A DNA stretch of 64,000 nt from Phaeosaccion multiseriatum (taxonomy: Eukaryota; Protista; Ochrophyta, other classes): contig OZ218950.1 of the NCBI GenBank assembly GCA_965112735.1, positions 248,001 through 312,000 on the forward strand. The letters run 5' to 3'. Below are positions 1-31,601 of this stretch, one piece after another (the stretch's first letter is position 1; the number at the start of each line of letters is the position of its first letter). A program made the translations under genes and the position numbers. Under the pieces are notes generated by a model. The model made no database searches and had not been told where the DNA came from. It worked only from the letters and a program-made list of their open reading frames with translations.

Positions 1-119
1 ATGTATGTATGTATGTATGTATGTATGTTCAACATGCTCTCACGCCCGCCGCCCCACTCCCTACTCCGATGCCACGTGACTTCCATCTTGACCGTTACAT
101 CCGTTACGTTTCATCGCAG

Positions 120-745
120 TTCCTGTACGTGGGGGAGAAGGAACTGATGGAGAACGACTCTCTGAACAAGGAGAGCGCGGCCAACATCATTCAGAAAGCT
201 ATCAGTCAAAAGGGAGACAACCAGTACCAGAGCTTCAAGCTCAAGAGCCTCAAGGAGGTTAGTGGGTGTAGGGCACGGCGAGGGCGCGGTCGTGTGGGCC
301 AGTTGGTAATGCGGACCAGTTGGTTTCCTTCCTACTGATTCCATGTCTTACCCGCGTCCTTCCTCTCGTCCTTGTTGCCTTGTTCGCGTCCTTGCCTCTC
401 CTCCTTCTCCTCCTTCTCCTCCTCCTCCTCCTCCTCCTCCTCCTCCTCCTCCTCCTCCTCCTCCTCCTCCTCCTCCTCCTCCTCTGGATGCTGCTGCTGC
501 TTGCTCAGGGAGGAAAGGGCAGGGGATCGCAGAAGTACTTCCTCGCGGCATTCTCCTATGAACTCCTCACCGGCGCCGGATTCACCGTGGACAGAGTAGG
601 TGAGTCAGTCAGTGAGTCAGGCGGCCAGTCAGTCAAGTCTGGCGTTTTCAGTTTCAGTTTAGGAGACCCACCCCAGCAGTGAGTGCCGATGACCTGATGG
701 GCAGTTACTCTGTGGGCACCTTTCCTCTCCCACCCTCCCCCCCGT

Positions 746-798
<53 letters not shown>

Positions 799-1000
799 TT
801 GCGTGTTTGTGTGTTCGCGTCTTCCCCCACCTTCAGGCAACGCGGCCATCACGCAGCTGGGCGGCAACACGCAGGCCGTTGTGGCGGCGACGACCTCCAA
901 GCGTTACAAGAAACTGCAGCCAGAGATGGAGGAGATTGCAAGGAGCTTCAGGGTCTATGACGGCATCCCAAAGAGAATGGTGCAGAACCAGAGGAGATAA
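120..1000 (+). CDS. PsbP-like thylakoid lumen protein, 3' part (5' exons upstream of window)
   Basis: Exons 120-257, 509-599 and 837-1000 join in phase via GT-AG introns. Product ends YELLTGAGFTVDRVGNAAITQLGGNTQAVVAATTSKRYKKLQPEMEEIARSFRVY, resembling the PsbP-domain C-terminus. Confidence 0.6.
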
Positions 1001-2010
1001 AATGAGGACGGAGGAGGGAATGAATGGGACAGCTTGAAGGGGCAGAGGAGAGGAGGCGAGATGGGCAGAGGAGATGACTAAATGTATTGGAGGTGAAGCA
1101 TAGAACAAAACAAAAGAGGAGAGGAGATGAGAAGGGCCACCGGATACCAAATGGGGTACAACCAACCAACCAACCAACCAACCACCGGATACTGAGGCAT
1201 AGAGCAAGAGGAAGGTTGAGCCATTCCCAGACCCGTATGCCTGCAGAAGAGATGGTGAGATGGTGAGATAGTGAGTAGATGCTCGAGCAGTAGAGGAAGG
1301 GAGAACAGGGGCCACAAGGAGAGGGGCCAGGACCAAGCACGAGAGAGGAGGGAGGGATGGGGTAGAAGCAGTGAGTGGAGGGAGGAGCAAGGAGGGGGGC
1401 AAGGGCGGGCCATTGTGATTGTGTTGGTCCCCTTTTCAATGAAGCGTGAGGGCCGTGTCGTCGTGCCGTTTCGGCGTGTGGGAGAGGGACCAAAGTCCTC
1501 TCCAGTGGTGAAGGGTTGGGAGGACCAAGCTTTTTAGAGGAAGACGAGTAGATTGAAGTAATTCATTGGTTTTCCTTTTTCTAGTTTTTTTCCTTCCTCC
1601 TCCCCCAAAGCGTTTAATCATACCATACAATACGTATTCATTTAAAAAAAAAAACCAAGTGAAAAGTGAAGGAAGAGTGGCACAGCCATCACTGTCCTTG
1701 TCTATTTAGTATAAATGTGCTTTTAATTAAGAAGCGAGGCATGGAGCCTTTTCCCTCGCGTGTTGGTTCTCTACTGTATCACTTGTTACATGGGCCCTTT
1801 GCTAGTGCTCGTGATTGCAGGGAGGTCTGCCTGTTTCAACCGTTTCAAGACCCACGCTCCCTCCCTCCCCCCCCCTGACGCATTCGGACCATTTACCACA
1901 CGTCCCTCACGGCGGGGCAAAAACCATTTAAGCCGACGCAACACCCCCCCACCCCTCTTGATCAAGCAGCTTCCACTTCCTCCCTCCCTCCTCCTCCATT
2001 CTTTAATGCC

Positions 2011-3258
2011 TTATACGGTATAGCTCCCCGGCCTGTTGAACAGCCTGGCCCCTGCCTCCAATGCCTCTTCCGCTACCCCCCGCCCCCTCCCCCCCTGCCC
2101 CCCTCCTTGCATTCCTCGTCCTCCGTACGGACCCCCCCCCCCATACGGTCCGGGGCCCACGTACGGCGCCACCGGACCCGCGTAGGGACCTGCACCCACG
2201 TAGGGTCCACCCATCTGCTCCCCGCCTCGTCCCCTCCCCACCCTCTCCACGGAGGCCCACACGCCCCTGCCCATGACATCCTTGGGAGCTCTCCGGCCGG
2301 TCCAGAGTTGGAACTGCTCCACACCCTGTTCGATGAGCATCTCTGCTCCTTGCACGAACTCGCAGTTGTTCTGCACGGCCTGTGTGTGTGTGTGTGTGTG
2401 AGAGAGAGAGGGAGTGCGAGTGAAAGAGACGAGACAGAGCCAGAAAGAGTGTGAGAGAGCGACAGTGGTGGCGGTGGTCGTGGCAGACAAAAGAGAGGAG
2501 CAAAGACCGCTAATGCGCCCGTTCCCATCGTTTGTAACTGTGCGGGTGCCTCTACCACATGAAACAGATAAGCACAGCACAGCAAGGCACAGACAGCCCT
2601 TAGCCCATATACCTACACATGAAGGGAAGGAAGGAAAGCAGAAGAAAGCACGATTGAGGGGTTGGTCCCTTGTATCGCGTGTATCACCAACCCGCCCACC
2701 TCACCTGGTCCAGTAGAGCTGTCCTGGAAGGCTTGTAAGCGGCATCAAAGACCACAGGGCGGTGCTGCAACAGATGGTACGGCAGCGTGAAGCGCGCCGA
2801 GCCGGGGATGGTGCCAATCACCACATCTATGCCCGTGGAGGGGTCCACGCCGACCTGTTCAAGCTCGTCCCACCCCAGGTCGGAAACCGCCTGGCCGTCG
2901 AAGCGATCCGCCAGGGCTTGTGCCTGTGGGGTTGTTACAGGGTCAGAGCAGGGATGTGGGCGGAGCGGGAGTGGGGGGGGGTGCGGTTATGCATCGATAT
3001 CGCTGTCGATATCAAATGTAGAGAGGGCAGAGGCCGTTGCGCGCCCAGGGGCTGCTGCCGCCCACTTGTCCGTCCCGTCGCGCAAGGCAAGTTACTAGTA
3101 AGTCAATGGATACAGCTATTCGTAAGTCAATGACCTTGTGGAGCGTCCTGTTGAAGACGATCAACTTGAAGCCCATCTGCTGGCAGGCGTACAGCCTGTG
3201 GGGAGGCGGGAGGGGAGCACATGTCGGCGGAAGGCAAGGAGGAGGGGTGGAAGCAGCT

Positions 3259-3295
<37 letters not shown>

Positions 3296-6200
3296 TGGTG
3301 GTACAAAAGCTTCAGGAGGATGTGGCGTTCCAGGCACCTCCGGAGGGTTCTGGTTCGGTGCTCTCCTCGCCTCGCATGCAATAAGTCAGGGAAACTAGCC
3401 ATCGATCGGCTCTCTCTCTCTCTCTCTCTCCCTCTCCCTCCCCCCACTACTCACTACCCTCCACTCACCCTGCCATGGCAGCGCCGCCCGCCCCGACAAC
3501 CAAAGCCACACCCTGCTTCGCCTTGGTGCCGCCCCTCCTCTTGAGAGCCCTCTTGACGGGCCTGAGGATGCCCAGCCAGTCCGTGTTCTCTCCAAGCAGG
3601 CGCCTCTCACCCGTCTCCGGGTCCTTGAACACAATCACGGTATTCACGGCTCCGATGCGGTCTGCGGCATGCCCAACCTGGATGTGTGCGTGTGTGTGCG
3701 TGTGTGTGCGTGTAGGGGGGGGAGGGGGTGCGTGGGTGCGTGTGTGCGTTGAGTGGGGGTTGCTGCTCCGTGTGGCATGGGCACGGCGCTAACTTCGAAA
3801 ACTATGAAACTGAAACCCTCCAAACCTTCCACTCCACCTCCCCCCCCCCTCTCCCTGGCCCTCTCAGTCTACACACACGCAATTACCCATATGCTTAAAA
3901 AAGGCTGACTCGCCCCCCCTGCCCAAGTCCATAAGCTAACAAAACTCATCCCAGCGCCCTCCCTCCCTCCCTCCCTCCCCACTCACCTCATCCAGATATT
4001 TGAGAATGTTCTGTTTGTGCGGAATGGTCACACTCGCCCCGCCGAAGTCCTCCATCGCGAGTGCCCTTGCCATGGCAGACTCGTCCCTCCCCTCCACTCG
4101 CGTGTACTCGTGAGGCAAACGGCACCGGCGGAAGGCAGCATTGTGCATATCTGGACTCGGAGACCCCGAGATGGGGAAGCCAAACAAGTGGAAAGACTTT
4201 TTGGGTACCATACCCAAGCCTCTGCGGAGTTTCATGATGTCTTCGGAGCTGAGTTGTCCGGGGGCGGCGGGGAAGGGCAACTTGTCGTGTGTAACGGGCG
4301 TGAAGCTCTTGTTGAGCACTCGGCTAAGCTTGCCGAGTTGGGTGAGGCACACACCGATGTAAGGGACAGGAAGGTCCAGGCTGGCGGCTGTAACGGTTGA
4401 GGGTAGGGCAGGGTAGGGTAGGGTATGGTGGCGGAGCGGGGAGGGAGGGAGGGAGGGAGGGAGTGAGAGGGTGGGGGCGGGAGGGGGTGAGTGAGAGAGC
4501 GAGGGCGTCAGAGTGGGAGTGAGAGTGAGGGAGAGAACAAAAAGGGAACGACTACTTTGCAACTGTAAAATATAGGAGCACGCCGTCCACACAAGAGGGT
4601 AGTGTGAAAGACAAAGGACGAAGGCCACGAACAAACAAACAAACAAACAACCAAGCAGCCCTCCATCCATCCATCCCGGGAATACGGGCCACCTCACTAC
4701 CCCGGGGGATGCGAGGTGGTGGTGCCCTTTCCACACCTAGTTACACCCTTGTACCTGTGTACATACGTACCTGCAGCGTGAATGTTGAGGCTGTCCTCAG
4801 GGTCGTGTGCGGTGGTGACGACCTTCACTGCGTCCACGCGGCCGTCGTGGTAGCATTGGGTGAAGAGCGCAGCGGCCTGAGGGGGGAGGGGCGGGGGGGG
4901 GGGAGGTATGAGGTGAGGTGAGGCGGAGCGAGAGGGGCACAACGACAGCGGAAAAAAGAGATTCGGTTAGAGCGGCCAAGAGCAACAAACAGAGGAAGAC
5001 GACAAGGGCCTTCTCCCTGGAGTCAGTCCTTCTCCGATGCATTTGCCTCCCCCTCCAAACGCAAACTTTACTGACTCACTGCTCAACTCAGCCACAACCC
5101 ACGCTTCACAGCCCAATGCCCATATGCCCCTGCATCCCCTCCCTTCCTCCCTCCCTCCATCACCACCTCACCTGGTCCTGAGACGTCTTCCTGCCCACGA
5201 CATGGTAACTGCCCATCAGCACCGTGCCCGGGTAGCACGCCTGCGCCTCGTCGATAATGCCGGTACGGAAAGTCGAGTCCCAGTTGGCCTCGATGTCGAG
5301 GTAGTCCGTGCCACCGCGGAGTCCCCAGCGGGCGAGATTGAAGATGGCCTGCGGATCGTTCTCGAAGTTGCCGCACTGCCCCTGACTGCGGACTGTGAAG
5401 ATGACGGGCATGCCGTAGGTGTGTCTCCTGAGGATGGACATTTGGCGCAGCACCTTGGGGGGGGAGGGGGGAGTTTGCCAACGGTTGTGTGTGTGTGTGT
5501 GTGTGTGTGTGCGGTACGTGCGTCGTGGGTGCGTGTATGGTGAGTGGGTGGTGAGGGAAGGAGAGGTTTGGAGGGAGGGGAGAGGCGGTTAGCTTTGGGT
5601 CCTCATAAGGACAAATCAAAAGGAATTTCGTCACAACGGCGATTGGAAGCAGCTTTGCACGCACACTCCACTCACACGCACGCCTGACACACAAACACAT
5701 ACCCACACCCATTGACTTACTACTACTACTACTACTACTACTACCATTGACTTACTACTACTACTCCCATGGACTTACTACACACATACCTCGAAGGGGT
5801 CGTCCCTCCCTGCGAGCAAGTCCACTCTCAGCTCCATGGCGTCCACCCCCCCGCACAGCTGGGGCAGGAGACCCATATGCTGCGACATGTCCGCGAATGT
5901 AAGGCTCAGGAAGAAGGTGTTGGGCCCCATGTCGAGCTTAATCTTCTCCTTGGAGGGGTGAGGCTGCCTCGCGAAATGGATGAGGTGCTTAAGATCGGCC
6001 GCGGCCGCTCTTGCCGCCTCTGCATATTGTTCGGACTGGGTCTGAGTAACCTCCTCCTCCTCCGTAAAGGCGAGGGCGAATCGGGTGACGGTGTCATCAC
6101 GATTGTCGCGGAGCACCGGCGCACGGGCCTTGGCATCAAAGACGAGGGTGTAACGAGTGATATCGGTGGCGGCTTGCCTCTGCTGCATGGTCTCCCCCGC

Positions 6201-8948
6201 CGTGGCAATGTGGATGGTGATGAGAGTGCTGCCCTGTGCCTCTGCCGCTGCCTCTGTTGCCTGTACTACCGCCGACGTGAGGATCTCGCTCCGGTCGAGC
6301 AGGTCCAGCACAAACACAGCCGCCGTATCTGCCGAGGCGATGGACTCAGCGATGAGCTGGCACGTGTTGGTCGGGATAGACTTGGTGAGTGGGTTGGCAG
6401 CAGATGCAAACAGCACGCCAATGTCCGTCCCCTCGTCCATCTGTCGCTGGGTGAGAATGTCTGCCAAGAGAGACTTGATCCCGTGTCCCACCAGCACGAT
6501 GCCACCTCGTCCGTTGCGGTTTCGCTTCAACGTCTCTACCCCTCCCACATAAGGGGCATCGCTGTCTCCTGCTCTACTGTAGCGCTCTTCTCCCACTCGG
6601 GCGGCGTTGGAGCGATCTCTGTCTCTGTCTGCCCCTCCTGTATACGGGCCCCGGTCGTCTCCCCCTCCTCCTTGATAGGGGCGGTCACCTTCTCCAACCC
6701 GCGTAGCGGACACGTCTACGATCCTATCTCTTCCTCCTCCTCCTCCTCCTCCATAGGGCCCTCCATAGGAGCCTTCTCCTCCTCCTCCCCCATAGGGCCC
6801 TCCATAGGAGGCTTCTCCTCCTCCTCTTCCTCCTCCATAGGAGCCCCGATCACCCGTCATGACATCTGCGACGATCCTCTGTCCTCCCGACCCGGCATAG
6901 GAAGCCCGATCCCCGGGAATGATTCTCTCTGATCCTGGAGGAACATAGTTGGAGGTTGGCTCCGCTCCGATGATCCGATCGCCTCCTACTCCTTCGTAGA
7001 TGCGATCTGCTCCCGTCCTAATGGGGCGATCTCTTCCAACGCCCAGGAGGTCGCCCACTCCACCTGCCCCTCCTCCTGCAGAGGGGTCTCCTCCGATAAT
7101 GCGATCTCCTCCAACACTCTCAAAGGTGCGATCTCCCCCCATCCCTCTTCCTCCGTGAAGAAGATCGGGCACTCCAGAGCCGCCTCCTCCTCCTCCTCCT
7201 CCTGATAGGGAGGGGTCCCTACCAACGATCCGATCTCCTCCAACGCTTTCATACATGCGGTCTCCCCCCATCCCCGAGGGGCGATCTCTTCCCATTCCAG
7301 AGTCACCCATACCTCCTCCCCCTCCCCCCCCCCCTCCTGATCCATAGGAAGAGCGGCCATCTCCTCCACCTCCGTAGGGCGGGCCGCCCATCGAAGAGGG
7401 ACCTCCTCCTCCTCCTCCTCCTCCTCCTCCTCCTCCTCCTCCTCCAACCATAGTGGAGCCACCTCCAAAGGAGGAGCCGCCTGGAGAGGGGCCACCTCCT
7501 CCTCCTCCGTAGGGAGGGCCACCCATAGAGGAGGGACCTCCTCCTCCTCCTCCTCCTCCTCCTCCTCCTCGAGAAGATCGATCGCCTCCTCCTACTGTAG
7601 TGGTGCCACCTCCAAAGGAAGAGCCGCCCGGAGAGGGGCCACTTCCTCCGTAAGGAGGGCCACCCATAGAGGAGCCACCCATAGAGGAGCTGCCCGCTCC
7701 ATAGGGCGGGCCGCCCGAAGACGGGCCATCTCCTCCTCTAGAGGAACCACCTCCTGCTGCTGCTCCATACGGAGGGCCGCCCGAAGACGGGCCATCTCCT
7801 CCTCTAGAGGAACCACCTCCTGCTGCTGCTCCATACGGAGGGCCGCCGGAAGAGGAGCCGCCCGCTCCATAGGGCGGGCCGCCCGAAGAGGGGCCATCTC
7901 CTCCGCCTCTTCCGTAGGAGCCACCTCCTCCTCTCCCATAGGAAGGGCGGCTGTCTCCTCCTCTTGAGGAGCTATCTCCTCCTCTAGAGGAGCCACCTCC
8001 TCCTGCTGCTCCATAAGGAGGGCCGCCGCCCGAAGAGGGGCCATCTCCTCCAGCTGCTCCATACGGAGGGCCGCCTGAAGAGGAGCTATCTCCTCCTCTA
8101 GAGGACCCACCTCCTCCTGCTGCTCCATACGGAGGGCCGCCTGAAGAGGACCCACCTCCTCCTGCAGCTCCATACGGAGGGCCGCCTGAAGAGGAGCTAT
8201 CTCCTCCTCTGGAGGACCCACCTCCTGCTGCTGCTCCATACGGAGGACCGCCTGAAGAGGAGCTATCTCCTCCTCTAGAGGAGCCACCTCCTCCTGCTGC
8301 TCCATAAGGAGGGCCGCCCGAAGAGGAGCCACCTCCTGCTGCTCCATAAGGAGGCCCGCCGGAAGAGGGGCCATCTCCTCCTCCTCCTGCCGCTCCATAG
8401 GGTGGGCCTCCCGAGGAGGAACCACCTCCTCCTCCTGCGGCTCCATATGGAGGGCCGCCCGAAGAGGCTGCTCCATAGGGAGGGCCACCGGAAGATGAGC
8501 TTTCTCCTCCTCCTCCTCCTCCTCCTGCGCGGTAGCCCCCTCCTCTTCCATAGGAGCGCTCTCCTCCCCCTCCTCCTCCTCCAGAGCTACCTCCTCCAGA
8601 GCTACCTCCTCCAGAGGAGCCACCGCCTGCTGCTCCGTAGGGAGGGCCTGAAGAGCCTGATGCCGCATAGGGCGGGCCTGAAGAGGGAGGATCTCCTGCA
8701 TTGGATTGCTTATCAGCTCCCGGAGGCCTCCGATCTAGGGCCGATCCTTTACCATAGGAGCGAGCTGCCAACGGTAACACGCCTCGTGCGAAGTGGCGTT
8801 CCTTCAAACTACTGCTCCTGCTGTTCCCGCGGCCACCGCTCCTCATGCTGCTACTGAAGCTGCTAAGGGACGGAGCCATGAAGGCGTACGCATGATCAGA
8901 AGGGGGCGGCGCAAGAAGCAGGCCAGCCAGCACCCATCTGTTCCGCAT
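2011..8948 (-). CDS. Plastid-targeted type I 3-dehydroquinate dehydratase / shikimate dehydrogenase (AROM C-terminal-like) with long Gly/Tyr-rich N-terminal repeat region
   Basis: Exons 8948-5790, 5453-5172, 4876-4771, 4387-3987, 3677-3469, 3195-3135, 2923-2705, 2379-2011, all in phase. DHQase motifs: ELRVDLL, SYH, DAVKVV, AAPGQL. SDH motifs: [45 protein letters not shown]-terminal signal peptide followed by AYA-FMAP. Confidence 0.9.
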
Positions 8949-9275
8949 GGCTTCAACACGCGGTGTTTATGCGCGCAATCCTCACAAAGCAGTTTGATTT
9001 TGGCAAAAACAGAAATCGACCAACCAAAACAATCGATCACTTCGATTTTTGGTGAAAGAAAGAGCTGAAACCTGAAACTGCGGTTTCAGCCACATCTCCG
9101 ACGGCGGCTGTGCATTTGAGGTGTTTTCCATGGACCTTCTTTCAAGCCTATAGCGCCACCCCAACTTCATCTGCTGCTGCAACTCCTGCTGCTGCGGTGG
9201 TGAAGGGGGGGGGCTGGGCCAGGGGGAAGCTGAGGCTGTGGCACACCTCTCTGGGGTAGAGAGGGGTAGCCAGCC

Positions 9276-27593
<18,318 letters not shown>

Positions 27594-29146
27594 GGGATGA
27601 ATGACTGACGTCACAGGAGAGAGATGAATGACTGACGTCACAGGAGAGAGATGAATGGCCGGCGTCACAGCCTCACTCACAGCTCATGTGCCTGCGGGGG
27701 TGGTGCGAAGGAGGGTGTGTGCGCTAAAGAGAGGCTCAGAGTCGTCGGCGGAGCAATGGCGAGAGAGAAGAGAGAGAGAGAGTGGCAGATGAAGGCGAGA
27801 GAGAAGAGAGAGAGAGAGAGTGGCAGATGAAGGGATTCAGTGATTCGTGAATGGAGGGCGGTGCGGTGGTTTTTACGATTAGGATGAGTGTTACTACAGT
27901 ATACCTACAGTATACCTACAGCATGCCTACCGTATACCTTCAGTAGTGGTGAGGTTTGAATCAGTTGTCATGTGACTGGGTTGGAACACTTGGCGTTGGC
28001 CTTGGGCCGGGAATAGACCGGGGGGGAGGGGGCTTTGAGGATGCTTCGAGGATGCTGTTTTGTTTTGTTGTGTGCGTGTGTGTGTGTGTGCGTGTGGGGG
28101 GGGGGGGGATGCGTGTGTGTGTGTGTGCGTGTGTGTGTGTGTGTGTGTGCGTGTGTGTGTGCGTGTGTGTGTGCGTGTGTGTGTGCGCATATGTATGCAT
28201 GCGTGTGGGTGGGCGTGGATTTTTTGTGAGCGTGTGCGTGGAGGGTTTGATAGAGACATAAGAGGGGATGGGGCCAAGTGAGTGAGCCGAGCGCGGAAGC
28301 AGAGAATAATAGAAATCAATAATTTAATTGAAATCACAGATTTACATTATAGGGGAAGAAAAGGTTAAGCAGCGCCCAACAGTTCGGTCGCTCGCCCATT
28401 CCCTGCCATCCACGGCCATCCACCCCCTGCCAAAGGCCTGCCAACAGGTTAAGGCTCTCCTGCCAAAGGGCTGCCAAAGCCGCAGGGCCCTTCCGCCTTT
28501 GTGCCGCTCTGCTCCGCGGCGCTGGGCAGGCAGAGCAAAGTAAGGCGCCATTCAGTTGGGCGAATGCTGCGCTGCCGAATCCCAGCAGCCCAGCAGGCAA
28601 GCAGCATGCCTGTAAATCGTCACTCACTCCTTGAGTGACAGGCTGCAGAAAGGCGCAAGAGATACTGTAGGCGACAGGCTCAAGGCTGTGGCCTGTGCCT
28701 GTTTGAGCCCAGGGCCTTTCGAATGGCAAGGGCGCCTTCCAACGTCCACACAGCCAACACAGCTCAGGGGAGGGCACAACCCTCCCCAGGGGGCACCACC
28801 TCCGTCGTTGCCAACTGGACTCGCGCCCCTTTTGCTATTCCTCCCGCCGGATAGGTACAACTGTATCGCGCGGCTGCCCAATACCCGCACAGCCTGCCCT
28901 TCCCTCCCCTGGATCACCAACGGCCCTGTCCTGCCCTGTACCACCAACGGCTCCAAGCATATCCGGCGTGTGTTTTCTGCGTGTGTCTCTGCATTGGGCG
29001 GACTCACTCAAACTCAAACACACGCGGTGTGAGGCAGCCTGCTCGAGCCCATCGAGTTTGACCTCGTGACACTGTGTCGGTGTGGTGTGACCCCGTCCCA
29101 AAGAAACAGTCCGGTCCGTTTCAACCGTTTCACGTGTCAAGCGTCA

Positions 29147-29609
29147 TCATGATTCCTTCTTTTCTTGGCTTCCTTCAGCAATTGGTGCTACGGCCTGTGA
29201 CCTTGCCACCCTCCTGTAGAAGTCCCAGTTGTACACGATGAAGATGAGACGCAGAAACGACGCCAGCAGCACCTACACACAGGTTCGGTTTGAGTTCCAA
29301 GTGTCAGTTTGGACCCTTACCGTACGCGAAAACCAATCAAGAGGACAGGTGGGCACAGACACCAAACCCGATATTGGCCAAAGTGCATGAAACTAAAACG
29401 TGAATACTCGAGAGATAGAGTATATCTCTCTTTAATCTCTACACCTCACACCTGCAGACAGGCCTCTCCGCGGCTGAACACGGGGGCGAAGCCTGCGGTT
29501 CCCAAGGCGAGGAACTTGCCGTCCAGGCCAGAGCTGATGGCGAAGTCGCCACGCTTCATACCCGACACGAGGTCCTTGGCGACCTTGTTGAGCAAAGGGG
29601 GGGGGGGGC

Positions 29610-29682
<73 letters not shown>

Positions 29683-30993
29683 AGTGTGTATCTCTGAGGA
29701 GGAGGCACAGGCCATCATCCCAAGTGAGTTTGACGTCAATCAGCACACACGCACCCACCTGCCGAGCAGAGAAGGGCTTTCCTCCCGCCTCGGACAGCTT
29801 CGCACACATCTCGCTCTTGAGCTTGTTCTCCTGCTCGAACCCTTTAGCAGCAGCAGTTGGTGATACATGATACGCCAGCGGCAGGGCAGGGAGGGGGGTG
29901 GAGTTGGCGTCAAGGAGCGCAGACGCGGCGGGGGACAAGAGCCGGTCTCGGCAGTGGTAGTGCACGCGTGCGTGTGTGCGTGCGTGACGGAGAGAGAGGT
30001 GGGGAGGGACACACCCACTGCGCTGTTTCACGTCAAAACAGCGACTGAGTGAATCTACAGTCTCCCCCCGCACCCCCCCCCACCGAACAAATCGGCGCCA
30101 CCGAAGTGCACGGCCTCTACCTACTCTACCTGGGGTCTCTGTGTCGGGAGGATAGCACACTGAAACTGCAATTCCACGGCCCTGCACCTCCATCTGCAGG
30201 GCCTCCGCCAGCCCCCTGAGGGCGAACTTGCTTGCCGCGTAGGCGGTGTAACCGTATATACTGCACTGCCCGACCATGCTCGACGTGAACACGATCCTCT
30301 TGCCAGTGGTGGGTGTGTCAACGCCTTTGTCGGCTTGCTTCATGCAGTCAAGCACGGCGCGGGTGGGATACATGCTGCCGACGACGTTGACGCGGAGCAT
30401 ACGTTCGTAGTCAAGAGGATCCATCTCGTCGAAGGCCTGGGGCAGGGCATAGCCTGCGCAGTTGATGAGCACCTGGGAGGACAGGATGGGGGGGGGGGGG
30501 GAGAGGGAGAGAGGAGGGCCCGAGAGACAGAGAAAGGGAGAGGGAAAGAGTGACAGAGTGACAGAGTGAGGAGTGCTGCATGGCCAGTGCCCTAGTTGGT
30601 GCTCCTCCCTCACTTCCCATTCAGTGCCATCCCCCACCCCCCCCCCCACCCCTGCCCAACCTGCGGCCAGGCCCTCCTCTTTCCCATCCACTGCCATCCC
30701 TCTGTCTCACCTGTATCTGCCCCCCCGCGGAGCTGTGTACGGCCTCTATGGCCTTCCTGACTTCTTCGTAGTCCCGAGACACGTCCACAGACACGCCTGC
30801 GATGTGCTGGTGGTCGGGATCGACGATCTCGCTGTGGAGTGTTTCGAGTGCCGCTGAGCGCGAGGGCGAGGGAGAGAGAGAGAGGGGGGGGGGGGAGGGA
30901 GAGCGAGAGAGAGAGAGAGAAAGAGAGAGAGAGGAAAAGGGAGAGCGAGAGCGAGAGAGAGGGAGAGAGGGAGGGAGGGAGGGAGGGGGAGCG

Positions 30994-31064
<71 letters not shown>

Positions 31065-31421
31065 CAGATGGAGAGGGAGAGGGTGGGCATTCGTAGTAGA
31101 GAGTCGTTACGGGGGGGTTGGATAAAAAGAAGAAATGGAGTGAGTCTAAGACAAAGTCCATCAGTTTATGCACCATCACGTACCATCTATTCGGCCCTGG
31201 TCCCGGGCAATGATGGTTACGCTCGCCCCTTCTTGCACCAGCTTCTTGGCCGCTTCCAGGCCGATGCCACTACTTCCGCCCGTCACTACGCAATGGACCC
31301 CCTTCACATCAAGCCTTGAGCGGCTTCTGGCCATCGTCAATACGCTGATCAGCGAGTACCCCACCGCCACCGCGCCTGCACATACGCATCCTATCGCCCA
31401 CGGGTGTGAAGAAATACTCAT
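29147..31421 (-). CDS. KDSR: 3-ketodihydrosphingosine reductase (SDR family, TSC10/KDSR-like)
   Basis: Exons 31421-31184, 30853-30711, 30472-30130, 29842-29759, 29583-29452, 29272-29147. N-terminal TM segment, TGGSSGIG, NCAG, YAASK, family-typical PPDTETPGFEQEN, C-terminal TM and terminal KKES (KKXX ER-retrieval motif). Confidence 0.85.
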
Positions 31422-31601
31422 CTTAAGGCCCTGCGAGATAAATAAAGGAGGACGGGGAGGATATCCTTCTATCCGCGGGGAGGGATCCGAATGATGGACC
31501 AATGATGTAATGATGAGAGCAGAGTAAGCGAGGAATTTTGGAGTCCACGCCTGATCACAGATGGCGGCTTCATGGCGGGAGAAAATTTATGCACTAGTAG
31601 C

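Noticed and set aside
7592-8701. 369-aa repetitive '[10 protein letters not shown]' ORF and plus-strand ORF 5769-6932
   Set aside because: Alternative-frame and antisense shadows of the DHQ/SDH first exon.
28300-29140. Small gene or element between kinesin and KDSR
   Set aside because: No recognisable motifs, splice structure or terminal repeats.
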